Source of the DNA: Xylella taiwanensis
Lineage (GTDB): Bacteria; Pseudomonadota; Gammaproteobacteria; Xanthomonadales; Xanthomonadaceae
Length of the DNA: 32,000 nucleotides
Reading direction: 5' to 3'
Assembly (NCBI RefSeq): GCF_013177435.1
Contig: NZ_CP053627.1
Location: 1,590,001 to 1,622,000, forward strand
The notes beneath the pieces were generated by a model that made no database searches, was not told where the DNA came from, and saw only the letters and a program-made list of their open reading frames with translations. Position numbers and translations under genes: made by a program. Shown in pieces: positions 6,045-13,169 of the stretch (positions within the stretch are counted from its first letter, which is position 1; each line of letters starts with the position of its first letter).

Positions 6045-8989
6045 TGATTAAATATCCTTACAAATTCTTTACCATCAATCGTTGCTTCAACGACAAACTT
6101 ATTCGGTCTCACGCCACCAGTGGCCGGATAACCCAGATCGATTTTGACACTCACGGACTTACCGTCATGCAATGCTTGATGAAAATGATGTTCCATTTTT
6201 CTCCAATCGGTTCTGTTCAAAATCTGTGCTTGGGGCACGAGATTGATCCTATCACCGGCTCCGCCTAGGCTGGAGGCAATCAAATGCCCGCCTTCATCGC
6301 CCAGTTCGCCACACTTACCCATACAGCGTTGCTGGTAGGTATTGCGATCCATCTTTTTTGAAATCAAATCTGCTTGCACATTTTTTACTCGGCCTGCTGT
6401 GTCTGTCACATACCCATGACCGTTATCCAACACATAGGCTGTCTTAGGTTCCAGAGAACCATTGACCGCTTTATCCCAACCAGTGTTCTTGCTGCCTGTG
6501 GTGATTTGTTTGACCTGGCTGACATCGGCCCGCTTGGCTAACTGATCAGTCAATGCCTGACGCCGGGCGACAACATCGGTTGCACCGGAGATCCAGCGAC
6601 CGCCGATTTTGGCCGCTCTCACGCCGTATTTGGCCAGGTTGCCGATCATCACCGAGGCGATGTATTCCTCGCCTTTTTCTAGGGCCACTTGTTCTATGGT
6701 CTTTTCCCCTGAACGAATCGCTTTGATGTCTTGCCAGGCGTCATAGGCGGTCAGGCCTTTATCGGCTAACCAAAGGGCACCAATGAGCACGGGGACGAAG
6801 ACCGCGTTGTTTTCGGTTTCCAGCCGGGCTGCTGCACTGCTCACCGCCGCTTCGCCACCGGCGGCGGCGGTGATGCCGGCCACCAGGCTGGTGACGGTAT
6901 CGGTGCGCTGTTGTTTTTCCGCGGCGCTCAGGCTGGCAACGTCGGCGCCGGTGGCGCGGTCTAGTAGGTTATTGATGACCACGGCCGCCGCCGCGCCAGT
7001 GGCGCCGGCGCCGCACCCTTGGCCTTGGGCGGCAGCACCAGCGCAGCCCAGCAGGCCTTGCAGGGCCGCACGGGCCGGTTCGCTGTCTAGTTGGTCGGCC
7101 AGTGTTTTGACTTGGCTGGCGCCTAGGCTTTGCAGGTAGTTAACCGCAGCGCCTTGAAGCATTTGGGTGGCGCTGCCGGTCACGTGGCTGCCTGCGGCCA
7201 GGTTCAGGGCGGTCACAATCGTTCTGCCGGTGCCGCCTACGTCCCAGGTGGCGTTGTCTTGGAGGCGCTGTTGTAGGGCCGCGATTAGGGCCGGGTCACG
7301 TTGGTGTTCGGGTTTGGCGCGTTCGCTGTCTAGGGCCTGTTGGGTTTGGGTGGCTTCTTGAGCGCGGTTGTTAATAAAGGTGCCGACTTCGCGCTGTAGG
7401 CCGCTGACGATGGTAAAGCCGGCTTTGATCTCTTGTTCGTTGAAGATCGGCTGCAGGGTGTGGCTGGTGTCTTGGCCGGTGAGCACGTCGTGGTTGAGGG
7501 CGGCGATGGTCTCGGCGGCGGTCTGCCCGGTGCGGGCCTGTTGGCCGGCTTGGTCACGGATGGTGATGGCGCCAGCGCTGATGCCGCTTTGGGTGGTGCT
7601 GTGGCTGGCGTCGCGGGCGTTGATGACGCCGGGGGGAGCCACGCTCACGCCGTGATAGCCCGGCAGTTGGGTGCCAGGCACCTGTTCTGCGGTGGCGGCG
7701 CGGCCTTGTTGGTCGGTCCCCACGCCGCCGGGGCCACGGCTGTAGCCGCCGCCTAGGCTCACGTGGCTGGCGCTGTAGGAGGCGTGGTTGTCCAGCGCTG
7801 TTTCGCTCAGGGTGGCGGTGTCCAGGGCGTTTAGGCCCGCTTGGGCGGCGGCGGCGCTGGAGGTGATCAGGCCACCCATCAGGGTGGTGTGCCCGCCCAC
7901 GGTCACTTGAAAGCCCCCATCACCAGCCAGCAGGCCGCTTTGTTCGGTAACGCTGCTGTAGTCGCTGCGGATGGTGTGATGGTTGAGGTGGGCGCTGCCA
8001 GAAACACCAACCCCAGCGGTGAAGCTGCCGCCGATGCTTTGATCTTTGCTGCGGTACTGGTGGGTGTCTTGGAGGCTTTCGATGTCTAGGTTGCCGCCAA
8101 TGGTGGCCATCAGCTGGGGGGCGCTGGCCACGGCGCCGCGTAGGATGGTGTTGCCCCCAGATTCCAGCACCAGCAAGCGACCGCCCTGCACGCGGGTGTT
8201 GGTCCAGGTGACATCGGTACTGGCGCCGCTGCCTTTGGAGGCGCTGCCCTGGACGGTGAGGCCGGCGCTGGCGCCGCCGGTGCCCAGGTTCACCGCCACT
8301 CCCACGCCGTGACCGCTGCCGCGGCTGTCGCGGGTCATCTGTTCGGTGTTTTTGGCCGCCGCCATGACAAGGTCGCCATCGGCTTTGAGGTGGGTGACGT
8401 TGCCAGCGCTGATCTGGGTGCCGCTCAGGGTCAGGGTGGACTGTTCACCGGCGCCAGTGGCGCTGATGGTGATGTTGCCGCCGGCGTGGAGGGTGGATGC
8501 AACGGCGCGGTCGCTGTGGGTGGTGGTGGTGCTGTGGTATTGGGTGGTGCCCAGGGTCGCCGTGAGGTTTACGCCGCCCAGGACCTTGGGGTCGCTGCCG
8601 ATGGCATCTACGGCGTTTCTGGCGGCCAGGGCGGCGGTGATTCCCGCTAGGGCCTGGAGGCGGGGGGTGGAGGTCCGCCCGGCGGCCGCTGTCATGTGCT
8701 GGGTGGTTTGGAAGGCCGCAATCGCTGGATTGCTCAGGCTCGCGGTCAGGCCGCTTTGGCGAAACTTAGTTTCCTGAGTGGTGTGCTCGGTCTCACGGGC
8801 TTCGACAATGGCTACTTTTTTGCCGTGGATGTCAATGTTGCCTTCCGGGGCAATCAGGTCGATGCCAGGGGCCTGGACGGCGCCTTTGCTGGAGGAGATG
8901 AAGATGTTGCCATTGAGGGCGGCCACGGTGTTGCCCGACCCTAGGGCGGCGGTGTTGGTTTCGCCCACGGCCACGGTGGCCATGTCCAT
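6041..8989 (-). CDS. Large orphan cdiA 3' fragment (982 codons): FHA-2-type repeats, pretoxin region (ETENN at 6806-6823) and a His-Me (EssD/YeeF-like, Endonuclease_NS_2-type) nuclease CT
   Basis: The N-terminus MDMATVAVGETNTAALGSGNTVAALNGNIFISSSKGAVQAPGIDLIA matches two separate stretches of the main cdiA. The C-terminus carries ..GDEGGHLIASSLGGAGDRINLVPQAQILNRTDW... (the DxGHLIA..GG....N..PQ...N motif). There is no signal peptide or TPS domain. Confidence 0.85.
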   Translation of the reverse strand: MDMATVAVGETNTAALGSGNTVAALNGNIFISSSKGAVQAPGIDLIAPEGNIDIHGKKVAIVEARETEHTTQETKFRQSGLTASLSNPAIAAFQTTQHMTAAAGRTSTPRLQALAGITAALAARNAVDAIGSDPKVLGGVNLTATLGTTQYHSTTTTHSDRAVASTLHAGGNITISATGAGEQSTLTLSGTQISAGNVTHLKADGDLVMAAAKNTEQMTRDSRGSGHGVGVAVNLGTGGASAGLTVQGSASKGSGASTDVTWTNTRVQGGRLLVLESGGNTILRGAVASAPQLMATIGGNLDIESLQDTHQYRSKDQSIGGSFTAGVGVSGSAHLNHHTIRSDYSSVTEQSGLLAGDGGFQVTVGGHTTLMGGLITSSAAAAQAGLNALDTATLSETALDNHASYSASHVSLGGGYSRGPGGVGTDQQGRAATAEQVPGTQLPGYHGVSVAPPGVINARDASHSTTQSGISAGAITIRDQAGQQARTGQTAAETIAALNHDVLTGQDTSHTLQPIFNEQEIKAGFTIVSGLQREVGTFINNRAQEATQTQQALDSERAKPEHQRDPALIAALQQRLQDNATWDVGGTGRTIVTALNLAAGSHVTGSATQMLQGAAVNYLQSLGASQVKTLADQLDSEPARAALQGLLGCAGAAAQGQGCGAGATGAAAAVVINNLLDRATGADVASLSAAEKQQRTDTVTSLVAGITAAAGGEAAVSSAAARLETENNAVFVPVLIGALWLADKGLTAYDAWQDIKAIRSGEKTIEQVALEKGEEYIASVMIGNLAKYGVRAAKIGGRWISGATDVVARRQALTDQLAKRADVSQVKQITTGSKNTGWDKAVNGSLEPKTAYVLDNGHGYVTDTAGRVKNVQADLISKKMDRNTYQQRCMGKCGELGDEGGHLIASSLGGAGDRINLVPQAQILNRTDWRKMEHHFHQALHDGKSVSVKIDLGYPATGGVRPNKFVVEATIDGKEFVRIFNQ

Positions 8990-9028
8990 ATCACTGTCAT
9001 CGCCCGGCCTAAGGCATCACACCGGCGC

Positions 9029-9844
9029 TCACTGCTTTTGGATGACCACCGATTGCAAGATGCCGTCCATCAGCTTGCGGGCGCGTTGGTAATCCTCGGT
9101 GTTCTGTTGCCGCGCGGCTTCAATAAAGTTGAAGTTGACGGTGATGTAGTAGCCGCTGTCGCCAATGGGGGTCATCCAGGTTTCTACGCCATCGCCGACC
9201 GGCGTTGGGATACGTGCCCGGTACCAGGTCCAGGCGTTACCCCAGCGGGTTTCGGTCCGCGGGGCCTCCAAGAAAGCGCGATTGGACGGGCGACCCTGAT
9301 AGGACTCATTGATCAAATCCGTCACCCTTTGAACCTTTGTCTGGATACTTTCGCTGGCCGTGCTACGGATCCCAAAGTTAATGTCGTTGCGCCCCGCAAA
9401 CTCTGCATCGCACAACGCATTGAACTCCACCCCGGCGACTTGCTTTTTGACCGTGCCATCGGGCTGGGGGGTGCTTCTGTAATACGGGTAGCCGATGAAA
9501 TGGGCATATTTTCTAGCAACCATTGGCGGACCATCTCCAATGCTGGCCACGATTCCTGGGACATCTTCTCCATTACTACGCCGCTCCATCACCATCTGGA
9601 CATTGTCCGGCGGCGAGCTGGGGTAACAGCGGAAGATATTGATGCCCTTGATAAAGGCGTGTTTGACCGTGTATTGGCCTAAAAAATCCACCTTGAAGGA
9701 TTCCAGGCTCAGGTCGCGGTTCTCCCAGGGGCCGGCCAGCATCGGTTTGCCGGTGCGGGAGTCGATACGGGGGCCGGGGCCGCTGCATGCCAGCAGTACG
9801 CTGCTGGCAAGTATCAGGACACCTAGCTTGATGCGGCGGTGCAT
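9029..9844 (-). CDS. Tandem lipoprotein paralog E (candidate lipase immunity protein)
   Basis: It has a signal peptide with a lipobox: MHRRIKLGVLILASSVLLAC|SG. The ORF track starts at GTG 9862, overlapping the previous stop. The ATG (MH..) start is conserved in all five copies. This is unit 5 of an 830-bp periodic array. Confidence 0.8.
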   Translation of the reverse strand: MHRRIKLGVLILASSVLLACSGPGPRIDSRTGKPMLAGPWENRDLSLESFKVDFLGQYTVKHAFIKGINIFRCYPSSPPDNVQMVMERRSNGEDVPGIVASIGDGPPMVARKYAHFIGYPYYRSTPQPDGTVKKQVAGVEFNALCDAEFAGRNDINFGIRSTASESIQTKVQRVTDLINESYQGRPSNRAFLEAPRTETRWGNAWTWYRARIPTPVGDGVETWMTPIGDSGYYITVNFNFIEAARQQNTEDYQRARKLMDGILQSVVIQKQ

Positions 9845-9858
9845 GGACATTACCGCGC

Positions 9859-10674
9859 TCACTGTTTTTGGATGAGCACCGATTGCAAGATGCCGTCCAT
9901 CAGCTTGCGGGCACGTTGGTAATCCTCGGTGTTCTGTTGCCGCGCGGCTTCGATAAAGTTGAAGTTGACGGTGATGTAATAGCCGCTGTCGCCAATGGGG
10001 GTCATCCAGGTTTCCACGCCATCGCCGACCGGCGTTGGGATACGTGCCCGGTACCAGGTCCAGGCGTTACCCCAGCGGGTTTCGGTGCGTGGGAGCTCCA
10101 AAAAATTCGAGTTGGAAGGGCGACCCTGATAGGACTCATTGATCAAATCCGTCACCCTTTGAACCTTTGTCTGGATACTTTCGCTGGCCGCGCTACGGAT
10201 ACCAAAGTTAATGTCGTTGCGCCCCGCAAACTCTGCATCGCACAACTCACTAAACCTCACTCCGGCGACTTGCTTTTTCACCGTGCCATCGGGCTGGGGG
10301 GTGCTTCTGTAATACGGGTAGCCGATGACATGGGCATATTTTCCAGCAACCATCGGTGGGCCACCTCCAATGCTGGCCACGATTCCTGGGTTACTGGAGC
10401 CATCTCGATATGACTTCATCACTACCTGCACATTGTCCGGCGGCGAGCCTTGGTAACAGCGGAAGATATTGATGCCATTGATAAAGGCGTGTTTGACCGT
10501 GTATTGGCCTAAAAAATCCACCTTAAAATATTCCAGGCTCAGGTCGCGGTTCTCCCAGGGGCCGGCCAGCATCGGTTTGCCGGTGCGGGAGTCGATGACG
10601 GGGCCGGGGCCGCTGCATGCCAGCAGCAGGCTGCTGGCAAGTATCAGGACACCTAGCTTGATGCATATGTGCAT
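9859..10674 (-). CDS. Tandem lipoprotein paralog D (candidate lipase immunity protein)
   Basis: It has the same architecture with lipobox LLLACSG. It differs from its neighbours in discrete patches (..KSYRDGSSNPGIVASIGGGPPMVAGKYAHV.., ..VRFSEL..). Confidence 0.8.
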   Translation of the reverse strand: MHICIKLGVLILASSLLLACSGPGPVIDSRTGKPMLAGPWENRDLSLEYFKVDFLGQYTVKHAFINGINIFRCYQGSPPDNVQVVMKSYRDGSSNPGIVASIGGGPPMVAGKYAHVIGYPYYRSTPQPDGTVKKQVAGVRFSELCDAEFAGRNDINFGIRSAASESIQTKVQRVTDLINESYQGRPSNSNFLELPRTETRWGNAWTWYRARIPTPVGDGVETWMTPIGDSGYYITVNFNFIEAARQQNTEDYQRARKLMDGILQSVLIQKQ

Positions 10675-10688
10675 GGGGATTACCGAGC

Positions 10689-11504
10689 TCACTGTTTTTG
10701 GATGAGCATCGATTGCAAGATGCCGTCCATCAGCTTGCGGGCGCGTTGGTAATCCTCGGTGTTTTGTTGCCGCGCGGCTTCAATAAAGTTGAAGTTGACG
10801 GTGATGTAGTAGCCGCTGTCGCCAATGGGGGTCATCCAGGTTTCCACGCCATCACCCACCGGCGTTGGCATATACGCTCGGTACCAGGTCCAGGCGTTGC
10901 CCCAGCGGGTTTCGGTGCGTGGGGGCTCTAAAAAACGATTGGACTTGTAAGCACGATCAGGAGCACTGACCCGTGCAACCATTCTTTGGACATGCGTCTG
11001 GATACTTTCGCTGGCCGTGCTACGGATCCCAAAGTTAATGTCGTTGCGCCCCGCAAACTCTGCATCGCACAACGCATTGAACTCCACCCCGGCGACTTGC
11101 TTTTTCACCGTGCCATCGGGCTGGGGGGTGCTTCTGTAATACGGGTAGCCGATGAAATAGGCATATTTATCAGCAGGACGAGGAGGTCGTTTACCGTAAC
11201 CGTCTGACACAATCCCCGGATTACTGGAACCATTGCGAAAAGACATCATCACTACCTGCACATTGTCCGGCGGCGAGCCGGGGTAACAGCGTTTGATATT
11301 GATGCCATTGATAAAGGCGTGTTTGACCGTGTATTGGCCTAAAAAATCCACCTTAAAATATTCCAGGCTCAGGTCGCGGTTCTCCCAGGGGCCGGCCAGC
11401 ATCGGTTTGCCGGTGCGGGAATCGATGACGGGGCCGGGGCCGCTGCATGCCAGCAGTACGCTGCTGGCAAGTATCAGGACACCTAGCTTGATGCGGCTGT
11501 GCAT
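10689..11504 (-). CDS. Tandem lipoprotein paralog C (candidate lipase immunity protein)
   Basis: It has the same architecture. Its variant patches are ..MSFRNGSSNPGIVSDGYGKRPPRPADKYAYF.. and ..THVQRMVARVSAPDRAYKSNRFLEPP... Confidence 0.8.
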   Translation of the reverse strand: MHSRIKLGVLILASSVLLACSGPGPVIDSRTGKPMLAGPWENRDLSLEYFKVDFLGQYTVKHAFINGINIKRCYPGSPPDNVQVVMMSFRNGSSNPGIVSDGYGKRPPRPADKYAYFIGYPYYRSTPQPDGTVKKQVAGVEFNALCDAEFAGRNDINFGIRSTASESIQTHVQRMVARVSAPDRAYKSNRFLEPPRTETRWGNAWTWYRAYMPTPVGDGVETWMTPIGDSGYYITVNFNFIEAARQQNTEDYQRARKLMDGILQSMLIQKQ

Positions 11505-11518
11505 GGGGATTACCGCGC

Positions 11519-12337
11519 TCACTGCTTTTGGATGACCACCGATTGCAAGATGCCGTCCATCAGCTTGCGGGCACGTTGGTAATCCTCGGTGTTCTGTTGC
11601 CGCGCGGCTTCAATAAAGTTGAAGTTGACGGTGATGTAATAGCCGCTGTCGCCAATGGGGGTCATCCAGGTTTCCACGCCATCACCCACCGGCGTTGGGA
11701 TACGTGCCCGGTACCAGGTCCAGGCGTTACCCCAGCGGGTTTCGGTCCGCGGGGCCTCCAAAAAAGCGCGATTGGACGGGCGACCCTGATAGGACTCATT
11801 GATCAAATCCGTCACCCTTTGAACCTTTGTCTGGATACTTTCGCTGGCCGTGCTACGGATCCCAAAGTTAATGTCGTTGCGCCCCGCAAACTCTGCATCG
11901 CACAACGCATTGAACTCCACCCCGGCGACTTGCTTTTTCACCGTGCCATCGGGCTGGGGGGTGCTTCTGTAATACGGGTAGCCGATGAAATGGGCATACA
12001 TTGGATATGCCTGAGGAGGCCGTTTACCGTAGCTGTCTGACACAATCGCCGGGACATCTTCGCCATTACTACGCCGATACATCACCACCTGCACATTGTC
12101 CGGCGGCGAGCCGGGGTAACAGCGGAAGATATTGATGCCATTGATAAAGGCGTGTTTGACCGTGTATTGGCCTAAAAAATCCACCTTGAAATATTCCAGG
12201 CTCAGGTCGCGGTTCTCCCAGGGGCCGGCCAGCATCGGTTTGCCGGTGCGGGAATCGATGACGGGGCCGGGGCCGCTGCATGCCAGCAGTACGCTGCTGG
12301 CAAGTATCAGGACACCTAGCTTGATGCGGCGGTGCAT
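11519..12337 (-). CDS. Tandem lipoprotein paralog B (candidate lipase immunity protein)
   Basis: It has the same architecture. Its variant patch ..YRRSNGEDVPAIVSDSYGKRPPQAYPMYAHF.. makes it one codon longer. Confidence 0.8.
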   Translation of the reverse strand: MHRRIKLGVLILASSVLLACSGPGPVIDSRTGKPMLAGPWENRDLSLEYFKVDFLGQYTVKHAFINGINIFRCYPGSPPDNVQVVMYRRSNGEDVPAIVSDSYGKRPPQAYPMYAHFIGYPYYRSTPQPDGTVKKQVAGVEFNALCDAEFAGRNDINFGIRSTASESIQTKVQRVTDLINESYQGRPSNRAFLEAPRTETRWGNAWTWYRARIPTPVGDGVETWMTPIGDSGYYITVNFNFIEAARQQNTEDYQRARKLMDGILQSVVIQKQ

Positions 12338-12351
12338 GGACATTACCGCGC

Positions 12352-13164
12352 TCACTGCTTTTGGATGAGCACCGATTGCAAGATGCCGTCCATCAGCTTG
12401 CGGGCACGTTGGTAATCCTCGGTGTTCTGTTGCCGCGCGGCTTCAATAAAGTTGAAGTTGACGGTGATGTAGTAGCCGCTGTCGCCGATGGGAGTCATCC
12501 AGGTTTCCACGCCATCACCCACCGGCGTTGGCATATACGCTCGGTACCAGGTCCAGGCGTTGCCCCAGCGGGTTTCGGTGCGTGGGGGCTCTAAAAAACG
12601 ATTGGACTTGTAAGCACGATCAGGAGCACTGACCCGTGCAACCATTCTTTGGACATGCGTCTGGATACTTTCGCTGGCGGCGCTACGGATCCCAAAGTTA
12701 ATGTCGTTGCGCCCCGCAAACTCTGCATCGCACAACTCACTAAACCTCACCCCGGCGACTTGCTTTTTCACCGTGCCATCGGGCTGGGGGGTGTTTCTGT
12801 AATACGGGTAGCCGATGAAATGGGCATATTTTCTAGCAACCATTGGCGGACCATCTCCAATGCTGGCCACGATTCCTGGGACATCTTCTCCATTACTACG
12901 CCGCTCCATCACCATCTGGACATTGTCCGGCGGCGAGCTGGGGTAACAGCGGAAGATATTGATGCCATTGATAAAGGCGTGTTTGACCGTGTATTGGCCT
13001 AAAAAATCCACCTTGAAGGATTCCAGGCTCAGGTCGCGGTTCTCCCAGGGGCCGGCCAGCATCGGTTTGCCGGTGCGGGAGTCGATACGGGGGCCGGGTC
13101 CGCTGCATGCCAGCAGTACGCTGCTGGCAAGTATCAGGACACCTATCTTGATGCGGCTGTGCAT
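12352..13164 (-). CDS. Tandem lipoprotein paralog A (candidate lipase immunity protein), first gene after cdiA
   Basis: The ATG at 13162-13164 (MHSRIKIGVLILASSVLLACSG) lies 5 nt after the cdiA TAA (13170-13172). The 71-codon upstream extension in the ORF track overlaps cdiA and is not conserved in the other copies. Confidence 0.8.
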   Translation of the reverse strand: MHSRIKIGVLILASSVLLACSGPGPRIDSRTGKPMLAGPWENRDLSLESFKVDFLGQYTVKHAFINGINIFRCYPSSPPDNVQMVMERRSNGEDVPGIVASIGDGPPMVARKYAHFIGYPYYRNTPQPDGTVKKQVAGVRFSELCDAEFAGRNDINFGIRSAASESIQTHVQRMVARVSAPDRAYKSNRFLEPPRTETRWGNAWTWYRAYMPTPVGDGVETWMTPIGDSGYYITVNFNFIEAARQQNTEDYQRARKLMDGILQSVLIQKQ

Positions 13165-13169
13165 GGGGA

